A model generated the notes under the pieces. That model saw only the letters and a program-made list of their open reading frames with translations. It was not told the DNA's origin and made no database searches. Below, piece by piece: positions 22,937-36,327 of a stretch of 64,000 nt of DNA (position 1 is its first letter; every line of letters begins with the position of its first letter). The translations under genes were made by a program, and so were the position numbers. Source of the stretch: Mobula hypostoma (lineage: Eukaryota); the NCBI RefSeq assembly GCF_963921235.1, contig NC_086108.1, positions 95,606,001 through 95,670,000 on the forward strand, written 5' to 3'.

Positions 22937-25900
22937 TGCTGTGTATTTAAATTTTTAAGTATTATTTTAGTAATCTTGTGTGTTGATTAAGCATTCTTGT
23001 TCGTTTAAATAATTCATTAAGTTGTATGTATAACTATGTGAATTGAATGCATCACCATGCTACCATGTGATACGCGTGCGCCTCACTTAAAGTAAGCTCG
23101 AAGTTAGGACTGCATATTGGATTGAATGTCTTCTTTTGAATTAGTTTAATGTTTTGAAGTTACAAAACATAACATTGGCGACAAGGCATCTTTAAAACGA
23201 ATCCGAGGTGGCTACTGACCCATTCAAGCGCTGTGAGACATTCGAGATCAAAGAAAAGCACAGTGAAAAATGGGCGAGTTTAAATAAAAGGCATAAAGAG
23301 TAATTACCGGATTATAAATGGCTGACTACATTGGAAACATTGACGAGTTTCATTACACAACGGGTAATTGGCTCATGTATACTGACCTATTGAACAGTAT
23401 TTTGAAGCAAATGAAATAGACAATGAGAAGAAAGTGCCAATTTTGCTGAGTGGATTGGGTTTAAAGACATAAAGTTTGCTTTGAAGTTTGACTGCTCCAA
23501 CTAAAGTAGTAGATATGAGCTTTGTTGATATTGTTAACGTGATGCAGGAACACTTAGAACTGAAGCCAATTGTTGATTGCGGAATGCTTTAAGTTTCATA
23601 AGCGGAATCAGAAGGAAGGGGAATCCATTTCAGCTTTGTGGTTGAATTGAAGAGATTGAATATTGTCAGTTCGCTAATGGACTTAATGATGCACTGAGAG
23701 ATCATTTAGTTTGTGGAATCTTACAAGAAAACACCTTTCAAAAATGGTTCCTAACTGAAGCACAACTTAGATCTGAAAGAGCAGTTGAAATCGCAGTTTC
23801 AATGGAAACAGCAGACAGAGATGCAATTGAGTTGCAGTCAGGAATGAAAGTGGGCATGAACAAAATTGCAATGTCTGAACAGAAACCAGCCAGGTTGAAT
23901 ACATTGTGTTACCGATGTGGCAGGGTAACACCAGACCAATGCAGATTTAAAGGCAAAACTTGCAGAAAAAATGCAACAAAGTAGGACACATACAAAGAGC
24001 ATGTCAGGCAGATAAAATTAAATGGACTGCACAGAGAAGAGAAAAAGCTAAAAATTCAAATTGCAATTTCAAAAAGCACTGTTGATGAAAAGTCTGATAA
24101 TGATGAGAGTGACACAGGACTTTAACCTTGAGATTTTTAATGTAAAAATGTTAACAATAGACAAGGAATATGGCTTACAGCAGAAGTGAATGGTAAATTA
24201 ATTAAAATGGAATGAGACAATGGTTCAGCTGTTTCAGTCATTCTACAAAAGAGTTTGAGAGGCTTTTCAAAGATATGAAACTGAAGCCTGCAGATTCCAA
24301 TGAAGAACTGATACTGGAGAAAAGATAACTCATGTGGGAATGACATTTGTAACTGCAGTTCCACAACCAACATCCACATGGAGGGCCAACATTGTTGGGG
24401 GCATGATTGGCTGAGACAACTACAACTTGATTTGGAGGTCCATCCAATATTTGCATGCCACATTCCCTACAGTGAAGCCATATGAAAGCAAATTAAGGAA
24501 GATACTGGATGATGCCTGAGCAGTGCTCAAGGATGGCATTGGAAAACTCAAACATATCAAGGGTAAAATAGTGTTAAGTGAAAATGCTGCACCCAAGTTT
24601 TACAAAGCCCGTTCAACTCCTTAACCATCTGAGACAAAATAGCCAGTGATCTAGATTGCATGGAGGCCGAAGGAATTCTTTACAAGGTTGAGTGGGCCCA
24701 TGGGCGCTGCCAGTGGTCCCAGCAGCCAAGAAGAATGGGTTTGTCCTAACCTGTGGTGATTTTAAAGTTACCGTCAATCCAGTACTGAAAACAGATCAAT
24801 ACCCTATGCCCAGGCTAGGGGATATCTTTGCAAATTTTTCTGGAGGAAAGCACTTTGGCAAAGTGGACTTAGCTAAGGCCTACTTGCAGATGGAGATGGA
24901 AGAAGAGTCCAGAGTGTTCCTCACCATAAACAATATGCTTATTTCTGTAGTAGCATCTGCACCTGTACTCTGATAGAAATGAACCAGGTGCTGCAAGGCT
25001 GTCCAGGCACGGTGCTACTTGCATGACATCATTGTTACCGGTAAGGATGACGAGGAACATCTCCAAAATCTCAAGACAGTGTTGAAAAGATTAGAAGATA
25101 TGGGTTGACAGCACGACATGACAAGTGTGAATTCTTTAACCTAAGTATCGCTTACTGTGGTCACATGATTGACGCACATGGATTACACAAGTGTGCTGAG
25201 AAAATTCAAGCAGTGGTGGATGCCACAGGCCCAATCATAGTTGTGTTTTTTTTAGGATTTGTCAACTACTATAACAGGTTCCAGCCAAACCTGGCTACTG
25301 TGGTCCACACCTTGTACTGCAGATCGGGAAGAATTGGCAATGGACAAAGCAGTGTGAGATGGCTTTCAGAAGGGTTAAGGAAATGGTGACATTAGACACT
25401 GTTCTCACAGGTTATGATCCACATCATCCAGTGAAGCTTGCCTGTGATGCCTCGCCTAATAGTACAGGTGCAGTCACGTCACATGTTATGAGTGTTGGAC
25501 ATGAGCACCCCATAACTGAGGTGTCACGTTCCCTTATTGTTGCAGAGAAAAATTATGCAAAGATTGACAGGGAGGCCTTGAGTCAGGTTTGATGTGTAAA
25601 TCATTTCAACCAGTACTTGTAAGGGAGTGAGTTTATCGTCAGTGCTGATCAACTAGTGGTGTCTTTTCTCAATCCAAAGAAGGGTGTACCACTAACAGCA
25701 GCAGCACAAATGCGGAGATGGGTTCTGATTCTTAGAGGACACAATTACAAGATTGGATTCAAGGGGACTACTAATTATGGAAATGCCAATGGATTGTCCC
25801 ATATACCCTTGGAAAAGGAAGTACTGGAAAAAGTTTACTAAAAAAGACACTCCCCTTGACGTATTTTACCTAAGGCAAATCAAAAGTCTCCCTATAACGG

Positions 25901-27170
25901 CAGAGATTATCCAAAAGCAATCCAGAAAAGACCCCACTCTGTCTCAGGTATACATGGCCACCAAACATGGCTGGAATGTGCAGCAGGAACTCCAGTTTCC
26001 CTAGTTTTACCAGCGCCATGATGAACTTGTCCTTGCTGCAGGTTGCCTTATGTGGGGATTGAGAATTGTTGTGCCATCCAAGCTGAAAACTAAAGTGTTG
26101 GAGGAGCTACAAGCTGATACCTCGGCGTTGTTAAAATGAAAGTGTTGGCTCAAAGCTTTGTCTGGTGGCCTGGGATCAGCTTGTCATGCACTGTTTGGGG
26201 TGCCAACACATCCAGAAGATGCCAAGAGTAACTCTCCATCCCTGGGAATGGCCTGCATTGCCCTGGCAGAGTGTTCACGTGGATTTTGCTGGACCATTCA
26301 TGGGCACAAATTTCTTGGTAGCAGCTACCAAATGGCTAGAAGTGTTCCCAATAGCCTCCACTGCAGCCTTGCACACTCTTGATGTACTTAGAAGCCTCTT
26401 GCCAAGGACTGGTGTTCCAGAACACTTAGTTCGTGACAATGGACCACAGTTTGAGAGGAAACTGTTTTAATCATTCCTGAAAAATGAATGGAATAAGACA
26501 TATCAGCATCGTACCACCCAGCTACAAATGGCTTGGTGGAAAGGTTTGTTCAGAGTTAAAGAATGCATTGTGAGCAATGTCAGCAGAATGCACTACACTT
26601 GCACAGATTCAGAAGCTTGCCAGTTTCCTCGCATATCAAAATGCAAGACACTCCACAACCAACTATGCTGTTCCTGGGCCGTCCCTTCTGTTCATGTGTG
26701 CATCTCCTCAAACAAGGAGTTTTGTTGTTTCACTCCTGGACAAGCAGTACTGGCAAGGGACTACATTGGTGATCAAAAGAGGGTACTCAGAAAGATTAAG
26801 GACAGAACTGGGTCACTCTCCTACACATTAGAGATTGCATCTGATATCATCTAGAGATAACACATTGATCAGTTGAGGAGAGCAGAGTCAATTTAGAAAA
26901 TTCAAGCCAATTGATGCTCCTTGTCAGGAATGACATTATCCCACAAGAGTAAGAATTCGTCCATAGTGCTTTATGTACTATGCTGTGGATGTCTTTATAT
27001 AGTAGTTGTATTATATAGTATACTGTGTATATATGAATTGCATATGTCACCACGCAACCACAGGATGCATGCATGCCTCGCTTACAGTAAGCTCGAAGTT
27101 AGACCTGTATGTTGGACTCCCATGTTTTCGTTTGAATTAGTTTAATGTTTTGAAGTTACAAAATGTAACA
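22937..27170 (+). mobile_element. Full-length but decayed Ty3/Gypsy LTR retrotransposon (gag-PR-RT-RH-IN) in GLMN intron 1
   Basis: 5' LTR ~22937-23174 followed by a PBS (tggcgacaagg). gag starts MADYIGNIDEF (23318) and has a CYRCGR zinc knuckle. Also seen: protease DNGSAVS, RT CGDFKVTVNP and DLAKAYLQ, RNase H LACDASP, integrase PWQSVHVDFAGP and DNGPQF. The 3' LTR ends TAACA at 27170. Near-TSD tttgg/cttgg. Confidence 0.92.
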
Positions 27171-27284
27171 CTTGGAGTTTCTAAGAATTGCTTGATGGGT
27201 CATTTCCCACATGGACTGAGTCACAAGGTGTAAAAGTTGATTTTAAACAGCTTGTTTTGTTTCGCTTCAACTGCCATAGTGATG

Positions 27285-27810
27285 TAGCTAGCTAGCTAGT
27301 GCCTGTTATGCCGTAGAGTTCAGGGCAGCAATGAAGGCCCTCTATCTCTGTCTGTCCTCGGCCGCCTTCACTATTTTGCCCCAGGTGTGGTTCAGGGTCC
27401 TCATTTCTGCCTGTACAGTATAACGCCAAGTTGTCTTTGGTCTCCCACGTTTCCTCCGTCCTTCAGGGGTCCAGTGAAGTGCTGCCTTGACGATGGAGTT
27501 GCCCAATCCATCTCCAATGTTTCCTCATGTTGACTGTGGCCATGTCCTCTTGGTGACACCTTAGGAGTAGGGTGTGATTGGAGATCTTTTTTGGTCAGAA
27601 AATGCAGATGATCTTCCGGAAGCTCATGGTGTGGAACGATGACAGCTTACCAAGGTTGTTCTCTGTCAGGCGCCGGCATTCCGACCCTTGAAAGAGTGTG
27701 GACAGAACACAGCTCTGGTACAGCTTCATCTTGGTGTGGATGCCGCGTTAGTGACATGAGTGCCGCAATTTCCCAAGATGTTGAGATGGGTTTGCAAGTT
27801 CTGTTTGCCC
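27285..27810 (-). mobile_element. RTE-clade LINE 3' fragment
   Basis: Minus strand encodes SIVKAALHWTPEGRRKRGRPKTT, with a short (gcta)n tail. Confidence 0.75.
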
Positions 27811-27819
27811 AGTCGACGT

Positions 27820-29100
27820 TTACAATCGAAGTATTGAGTATAAGAGTTGGAGTGTTATGGTGAGGTTGTATAAGGCATTGGTGAGGCCGAATTTGGACTA
27901 TTGTGACAAGTTTTGGTCACCAAATTACAGGACGGATATTAATAAGGTTGAAAGAGTGCAGAGAAGGTTTACAAGAGTGCAGAAAAGGTTTAAATCTCGG
28001 GAGGAGAAGATGGCAGCGCGACGCAACTCACAACGGCCACTCCGGTGAGGATGTCTGTTATTTGTCAAGTAGGGTGCCGTGCACAATCCTGATTTGATGG
28101 AGACGGAAGTGAGAGCACGGAGGAACATCTGGTGAAACTTCTGAAATGCCTGCTTCGCTGCTGCTGCTACTGTGTGGTCCAGAATCTCCGGAGGGGAAGG
28201 CCCCGAGTCCTCGGCTTTGCTTGTTGCTCGGCGGCCGGGGCAGGGTCGAAGCGCTGGGCAGAGGATGGTGCTCGGAGAGGCTGTGTCGGAGGCTCGAAGT
28301 TTTCAGACGGACTCAGAGTCCGCTGCGTCAGGTGCTTCCCATGGTGCTGCATCGGCAAGTTGGCAGCGCTTGGAGGTTCATGGCAGGGAGAGTTCCTCTC
28401 TTCTGCCGCCTGCATGAGATTATGAGTCTCTCGGGACTTTGAGACTTTTTTTTACCGTGCCCATGGTCTGCTCTTTATCAAATTATGTTATTGCTTTGCA
28501 CTGTTGTAACTATATGTTATAATTATGTGGTTTTGTCAGATTTAGTCTTGGTTTGTCCTGTGTTTTCTTGTGATACCATTCTGGAGAAACGTTGTATCAT
28601 TTTTTTTAATGCATGCATTTCTAAATGACAATAATCTAAAAAAGGATGTTGCCAGGACTTGAGAAACTGAGTTACAGAGAAAGGTTGAATAGGTTAGGAC
28701 TTTATTCCCTGGAGCATAGCAGAATGAGGGGAGATTTGATAAAGGTATATAAAATGATGATGGGTATAGATAGAGTGAATGCAAGCAGGCTTTTTCCACT
28801 GAGGCTAGGGGAGAAAAAAACCAGAGGACGTGGGTTAAGGGTGAAGGGGAAAAAGTTTAAAGGGAACATTAAGGGGGGCTTCTTCACACAGAGAGTGGTA
28901 GGAGTGTGGAATAAGCTGCCAGATGAAGTGGTAAATGCGGGCTCACATTTAAGAAAAATTTGGACAGGTACATGGATGAGAGGTGTATGGAGGGATATGG
29001 TCCAGGTGCAGGTCAGTGGGCCTAGGCAGAAAGATGGTTCGGCACAGCAAAGAAGGGCCAGAAGGCCTGTTTCTGTGCTGTAATGTTCTATGGTTCTAAT
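27820..29100 (+). mobile_element. CR1 LINE 3' fragment interrupted by a ~640-bp GC-rich insertion
   Basis: LYKALVRPNLDYC...RVQRRFT (to ~27975) resumes as RMLPGLEKLSYRERL...FFTQRVVGVWNKLP (28643 onward), with a tgttctatggttct tail. Confidence 0.9.
27998..28640 (+). mobile_element. Unclassified GC-rich interspersed element (non-autonomous retroelement-like)
   Basis: Starts ggaggagaagatggcagcg, has a CpG-rich body and an AT-rich tail (aatgacaataat), and splits a CR1 reading frame. Confidence 0.6.
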
Positions 29101-29683
29101 AGTTCTTGATTTCAAATCACAGATAAGGATGACTGTGTAACCTTAGTCAATGTCAGTCAGTTTGCAAAGAGTGGAATTTTGAAACCGTAATTCCTGATTT
29201 GTAGATAGTGCCATACCATGTGGGATTCACCACACTGTCAGGAGGGAGATGAGTTAACTTAGATAACAAGTTTAGTTTTCATTTTGCTTAAACTGCCCTT
29301 TCTCCTTGTCACCCATTGATGAATGAAAGTAAGGGAGCTATTAGGACACAATGTGATAGAAAGTTGTAATTCAGTTCATGACGTAAATGCTTGTGGTATA
29401 TTAACTAGAGTGTTCCATTTCAGTTCATTAAATGGCACGGTGACAAAAATCAGTTAACACCAAAAATACTGACTCTGCATAGACTGTGAATCAAATGTGG
29501 GATCTTCTGTCATTATACATGATTGAGATGTTTCTAAGGCTGCAGCTCATCTCCATACTTGAGCATTCTTCAACTGGGGTGTAAAAGTACTTTGTAATGT
29601 TTGCCAAGCAATGTGAAGGACACCATATAAACACTTTTTATTGTATATTCCAGTTTTAAGTGTGGATAGAAAGGAGCATCAAA

Positions 29684-29722
29684 ATGGCTTTGAAAGAACT
29701 GCAGGGAGTAATCGGGAGATGT
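29684..29722 (+). CDS. GLMN: Glomulin, first coding exon (exon 2; exon starts at 29654)
   Basis: ttccag| 30-nt UTR, then aaaATGG encoding MALKELQGVIGRC|gtaagt. Human: MAVEELQSIIKRC. Confidence 0.93.
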
Positions 29723-31848
29723 GTAAGTACTGGTACATTTAATTATCCTTTATGTACTTTTTTTTCCATACATGAGTGAATAAACAGTAAAACTGATAAT
29801 CCATTATCCAGAAATCCTGATGGTTCAGCACTGACTCACTGAGTGTGTTTCTTGTGCTCCCTTGAAACTCATAAAGCTATTGGTTCTTGCACTCCTTGGA
29901 AACACATCTGGTTCACTGCAAAATTTGTTATAATTCCAGTTAACATCTAAAAAATGAATTAAGAATGTATTGGAGTGTTAATTGGAATAATACCTAGTAG
30001 TTGGAAAATCTGGCAGTATACCTCTCTCTCCCTCGTTAGTGAGAGAGCCTGTGGGATGTTGAACTGTTGGAATGAACAGTGGTTTTTGATGGTCCCTTTA
30101 GGGGCTGTGCTGTTGTTTGAATGGTGGGTGGTGGTGGGGCTGATGCTTTCTGCTGGAACAAGTGGGGTGAGGTGGATTTATGGTTCTAATGTCTTTCAGT
30201 CGTTCATTCTTTGGGGGTTTTCTTCAGTTTCATAGATGTCTGTGAAGAGTAAGAATTTTAGGTTGTATATTGTACATATTCTCTGATATAAAATGGAACC
30301 ATCAAAGTCTTGAGCATGGTGGATTATCAACATTGCAGTCTTCCTTGGAAATGCTGATCTACAATATCTTCCCTTTAGTTATATTTACAAATTTGAAGCA
30401 TAGTGCTCAGTTGGTTGGGCAACAGATCCAGTAAAAACTTTATTTCTTTTACAATAATTGATCCATTTGTTCTACTTAACTATAGATATAACAGAGAGGT
30501 GTCTATTAAAGGTGATAGCTGATTTACAATATATTTGCTTGAGAAACAGTATTTCACATTGCTGTAGTTTTTCATTTTGAAGGATAAATGAAATATATTT
30601 GAAAATAAATTACAGGTTGCCTAACATTTTTTTGCTAATGTAATATAATTTAAATTAATGCCTACAGCACAGAAATATGAGGAGGAAATCTAACTGGGTT
30701 TGAGATTATTGTACAGCGTAAAGTTTACTTTGGACCTGCTTTCAGGGGATAAATTACAATCCAGTAACCCTGGTTTAAAAACTGGCTAGACCACACCAGA
30801 AATATTTTGTGTAGTTTTGCATGTACCACGTTATGAATATATTGGAAGGGATGTAACATGAATTTTCCAGAATAGTACTTGGACAGTGAAGATTAAATTA
30901 AGAGGTAAGATGACACAAACTAATTTTGCATTGCACTATATTTCTGATGAACTGATGAAGGCCTGAAATGTTGGCTGTTTATTTCCCTCTTGTTGATGCT
31001 GCCTGATTTGCTTAATCCCTCTCTTGTGTCTATGTTTCCTTATTTCCTTATGGCATTGGAGGAGGCCATTTCAGTGTTATCAAATTTATGTAAGCTGACA
31101 GAATAATCTCATTTCTCTGGAATTCATTCTCCCCAAATTCCCAACAACTTCATCCCATATGTTACTACTCATCTACACACCAAGGCAGTTCACAGTCTCA
31201 TTGGGCATGGGAGGAAATTTTATTACTTGAAGTGACACAGAGAAGGTGCAAAAGTCAGATAGACTGATGTCAGGATTGAATCTGGGTTCCTGGACCTGTG
31301 AGGTAGCATCTCTACCACTTGCACCACTGTGCCACATGTGTTTTGGAGATTTGAATGTTAAGGAGTGACTTGATCAAAGTTTCAAACCATTTAATGGAAC
31401 TGGTAGGGTAAATAGAGATTTTCACTAGTTGTATCATCTTGGACTAGTAGTGGGCGGGGGGGGGGATAATTCTAAAAATTAAAGCAAAGGTTTGTAGGTG
31501 TTATACTAAGAAAACCTATTTTATGCGCAGAAGGTTAGGAGCACTGAGGACTTTACTGCAAGTCTAAATCATTGCCTGGTCAGTTAAATCTGTAATTGAT
31601 AGACATTTGCTAATCAAATATATTAAGGGATAAGATAATGTATGTGGAGTTGGATCACAGTTTAGCAAGTAAATAGCTGAATGGGCCCAGAGGTTAAATA
31701 CCCAACTCTGGCCCTGCTGCTTCTTAATTTATGTGTACATTGCAATAAATATTTGTAATATGCAGATGTTTCAATTGAGATGGTATTGGTTAAAATTGTT
31801 TGCAATTGTTTCACGTTCGACGTAAGAGAGTTGTTTTACTTCTTTTAG

Positions 31849-31974
31849 CGAGATTTACCTGAAACAGAGTTTAAAGAAGAAGATCACAGCTTATTTCAGT
31901 TGGCAGCCTGCCAGTGCCTGGAAGAAGGGTATGCAGCTGAACTTTTGCAAATTCTGCAAGATGCACAAAATAAG
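31849..31974 (+). CDS. GLMN: Glomulin exon 3 (126 nt)
   Basis: ttttag|RDLPETEFKEEDHSLFQLAACQCLEEGYAAELLQILQDAQNK|gtaact. Human: QILEEQDFKEEDFGLFQLAGQRCIEEG... Confidence 0.96.
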
Positions 31975-32509
31975 GTAACTATTGTAATTTCAGCAATTTG
32001 TAATATCGATTGAGTACCCTTATCTGAAATGCTTGGAGCTGGAGGTCTTTTGGATTTTTTTGGATTTTGGACTATATAATGAGATAGCTTGTGATCTCAA
32101 AATAGAGGGACGTCCCTTTAGAACGAAGCTGAGGAGGAATTTCTTTAGCCAGAGGGTGGTGAATCTGGAATTTGTTGACCCAGGTGATTGTGGAGGCCAG
32201 GTCACTGGGTGCACTTAAGGGAGAGGTTTATAGTTTCTTGATTGGTCAAGGTGTGAGAGGATATGGGGAGAAAGCAGGAAAATGGTGTTGAGAGGGAAAT
32301 GGTGGAGCAGACTTGATGGGCCAAATGGCCTAATTCTACTCCAGTGTCTTATAGGATCACATTTCCGACTCTGAATTTATGTTCGATCTGTAGGCAGTCT
32401 TTGTCTTACACTTGTTCGTGTACTTAACAGAAAAAATTATTACATACTATTAATATGAAATTATAATGTGTGCAATGTAACAAAAACAGCATTGAGAGAA
32501 TACCTGAAT

Positions 32510-35500
32510 CAGAGAATACACTCAGACCGATGGTTTGAGTTGTGTCTATTTTAATGCAAGAAGCTTCATGAACAAAGTGGATGAGCTTAGAGTGTGGATC
32601 AGTACTTGGAGCTATGATGTGTGGCCATTACAGAGACTTGGATTGCTCAGGGGCAGGAATGGTTACTTAGACTAGAGTACCAGGCTTTAGATGTGTCAGA
32701 AAGGGCAGGAAGGGAGGCAGAAGAGGTGGGGATGTAGCACTGCTGATCAGAGATAGTGTCACGGCTGCAGAAAAGGATTAAGTCATGGAGGGATTGTCTA
32801 CTGAGTCTCTGTGGGTGGAAGTTAGAAACAGGAAGGGGTCAATAACTCTACTGTGTGTTTTTATAGACCACTTGATAATAACAGAGACATCGAGGAGGAG
32901 ATAGAGAGACAGATTCAGGAAAGGTGTAATAACATCAGGGTTGTTGTGGTGGGAGATTGTAATTTTCCAAATATTGATTGGCATCTCCTTAGAGCAAGGG
33001 GTTCAGATGGGGTGGAATTTGTTAGGTGTGTTCAGGAAGGTCTCCTGACACAATATGTAGATAAGCCTACAAGAGGACAGGCTGTACTTGATCTGGTATT
33101 GGGAAATGAACCTGGTCAGGTGTCTGGTCTCTCAGTGGGAGAGCATTTTGGAGATAGTGATCACAATTCTATCTCCTTTACCATTGCATTGGAGAGGTAT
33201 AGGAAGAGACAAGTTAGGAAAGCGTTTAATTGGAGTAAGGGGGAATATGAAGCTATCGGGCAGGAAGTTGGAAGCATAAATTGGTAACAGATATTCTCAG
33301 GGAGATGTACAGCAGAAATGTGGGAAATGTTCAGGGAATATTTGCGTGGCGTTCTGCATAGGTACGCTCCAGAGAGACGGAATAGACGGTAGGGTACAGG
33401 AACCGTGGTGTACAAAGGCTGTTGAAAATCTAGTCAAGAAGTAAAGAAAAGCTTACGAAAGGTTCAAAAAGCTAGGTAATGATAGAGATCTAGAAGATTA
33501 TTTGGCTAGCAGGAAGGAGCTTAAGAATGAAATTAGAAGAGCCGAAAGGGGCCATGAGAAGGCTTGGCGAACAGGACTAAAGAAAACCCCAAGGCATTCT
33601 ACAAGTATGTGAAGAGCAAGAGGATAAGACATGAGAGAATAGGACCAATCAAGTGTGACAGTGGGAAAGTGTGTATGGAACCGGAGGAGATAGAAAAGGT
33701 ACTTAATGAATACTTGGCTTCAGTATTCACTATGGAAAAGGATCTTGGCGATTGATTTACAGCAGATTGAAAATTTTGAGCATGTAGACATTATGAAAGA
33801 GGATGTATTGAAGCTTTTGGAAAGCATCAAGTTGGATAAGTCTCCGGGACAGGACGAGATGTAGCCCAGGCTACTGTGGGAGGCGAGGGAGGAGATTGCT
33901 GAGCCTCTGGCAATGATCTTTGCATCATCAATGGGGACAGGAGAGGTTCCAGAGGATTGGAGGGTTGCAGATGTTGTTCCCTTATTTAAGAAAGGGAGTA
34001 GAGATAGCCCAGGAAATTATAGACCAGTGAGTCTTACTTCAGTTCTTGTTAAGTTGATGGAGAAGATCCTGAGAGGCAGGATTTATGAACATTTGGAGAG
34101 GCATAATATGATTAGGAATAGTTAGCTTGGCTTTGTCAAAGGCAGGTCATGCCTTACAAGCCTGATTGAACTTTTTGAGGATGTGACTAAGCACATTGAT
34201 GAAGGTAGAACAGTAGATGTAGTGTGTATGGATTTCAGCAAGGCATTTAATAAATTACCCCATGCAAGGCTTATTGAGAAACTAAGGAGGCATGGGATCC
34301 AAGGGGACTTTGCTTTGTGGGTCCAGAATTGACTTGCCCACAGAAGGCAAAGTGTGGTTGTAGACCAGTCATGTTCTGCATGGAGGTTGGTGACCAGTGG
34401 TGTGCCTCAAGAATCTGTTCTGGGACCCCCTTCTCTTCGTGATTTTTATAAATGACCTGGATGAGGAAGTGGAGGGATGGGTTAGTAAATTTGCTGCTGA
34501 CACAAAGGTTGAGGGTGATGTGGATAGTGTGGAGGGCTGTCAGAGATTACAGCGGGACATTGATAGGATGCAAAACTGGGCTGAGAAGTGGCAGATGGAG
34601 TTCAACCCAGATAAGTGCGAGGTTGTTCATTTTGGTCGGTCAAATATGATGGCAGAATATAGTATTAATGGTGAGGCTCTTGGCAGTGTGGAGGATCAGA
34701 GGGATCTTGGGGTCTGAGTACATAGGACACTTAAAGCTGCTGCACAGGTTGACTGTGTGGTTAAGCACATGGTGCATTAGCCTTCAACTGTGGGATTGAG
34801 TTTAAGAGCCGAGAGGTAATGTTACAGCTATATAGGACACTGGTCAGACCCCACTTGGAGGACTGTGCTCAGTTCTGGTCACCTCACTACAGGAAGGATG
34901 TGGAAGCTATAGAAAGGGTGCAGAGGAGATTTACAAGGATGTTGCCTGGATTGGGGAGCATGCCTTTTGAGAATAGGTTGAGTGAACTTTGCCTTTTCTC
35001 CTTGGGAGTGGCGGAGGATGAAAGGTGACCTGATAGAGGTGTATAAGATAATGAGAGGCATTGATTGTGTGGATAGTCAGAGGCTTTTTCCCAGGGCTGA
35101 AATGGCTAACATGAGAGGGCACAGTTTTAAGATGCTTGGAAGTAGGTACAGAGGAGATGTCAGGGGTAAGTTTTTTTTTATTCAGAGAGTGGTGAGTGCG
35201 TGGAATGGGCTGCTGGAGATGGTGGTGGAGGCAGATACTTTATGGTCTTTTAAAAGACTCCTGGATCGGTACACGGAGCTTGGAAAAAAAGAGGACTATG
35301 GGTAACCTTGTGTGTAGCGTGTGGCCAAGTGGTTAGGGCATTGGGCTCACGATCTGAAGGTCATGGGTTCGAGTCTCAGCCAAGGCAGCGTGTTGTGTCT
35401 TCGAACAAGGCACTTAACCACACACTGCTCTAGTCCACCCAGCTGAAAGTGGGTACCGGCAAAAGTGGGTACTGGCATCCTATCCAGGGGGGGAGTCTCG

Positions 35501-35675
35501 TACTCTCAGTCACTTCACGCCACAGAAGCCAGCATAAGCACCGGCCTGATGGGCCACAAAGGCTCAGGACAGATTTTAACTTTAAAATGGGTAACCCTAG
35601 GTAATTTCTAAAGTAAGTACGTGTTCGTGGGCCGAAGGGCCTGTATTGTGCAGTAGGTTTTCTATGTTTCTATGT
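32510..35675 (+). mobile_element. Near-complete CR1 ORF2 (APE endonuclease and RT) plus 3' UTR, with stops and frameshifts
   Basis: CVYFNARS, VAITETW, VVVGDCNFPNIDW, GDSDHNSI, PGNYRPVSLTS, KFAADTK, FIQRVVSAWNGL, and a ttctatgtttctatgt tail. Confidence 0.93.
35308..35586 (+). mobile_element. tRNA-derived SINE inserted in the CR1 3' end
   Basis: A-box tggccaagtgg and B-box ggttcgagtc. 10-bp TSD atgggtaacc at 35298-35307 and 35587-35596. Confidence 0.88.
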
Positions 35676-36327
35676 GTATTTTATTTCTTTTAGGTTTATA
35701 TAAGGCATAAAAACAATCAGCATTGTAGACTTGTTCTGGTGTTGGATTTAGAACAGTGATGATCTTGGCTAACTTATGAATGAATTTCTCTGCTGTTTCA
35801 TTATCAACAGACACTTTAAATGTAAAGTTTTTAAAAACATTTTAAAAGTATAATGCTATGCCTTTTCCTAAACTTCTGCAACCAGCCTGCTGAATATTCA
35901 TAATTCAATTTTCAGTTTGTTGAAAATAACCAATTTCCCCCGGGATTAATAAAGTATGACTATATGTGATAGATCTTTGCTTGTTTCATGATCAGCATTT
36001 TGTTAAGTGGCATACATTCACTCCGTTGATGAATCCACTCTTTCAATCCGTGATTGAGATCCTCATTTTTTGCTTTATGTAGTATTTTTCCATTTTTCAC
36101 TAACTTTTAATTACGTATGTGAGATGACTTCTCAGCACTGTCTATGGTGTGCAGAGACCTGTGCATTGCCTAGGAACCTTCCCAGTACCTTGTGTAATTT
36201 TCCATTTGTGACATCATAGTTGCGGATTTTGGAGGTTTTCGGATTTTGAATTTTCTTTTAAGGGGTACTCAACCTGCATTAATCTCATTTTCATTCAAAA
36301 GTAAGATATGTTATTAACGTGGATATA

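Larger units (their letters stand above)
32008..36277. mobile_element. Tigger/MER2-like DNA element whose two ends are separated by nested insertions
   Basis: Left end ttgagtacccttatctgaa (~32010) and right end gggtactcaacctg (~36263-36276). Both flanks carry ggattttgga motifs. Confidence 0.55.

Noticed and set aside
35315..35385. Possible tRNA gene
   Set aside because: A and B boxes are present, but it continues into a SINE body with a tail and a TSD, and I could not build a convincing acceptor stem.
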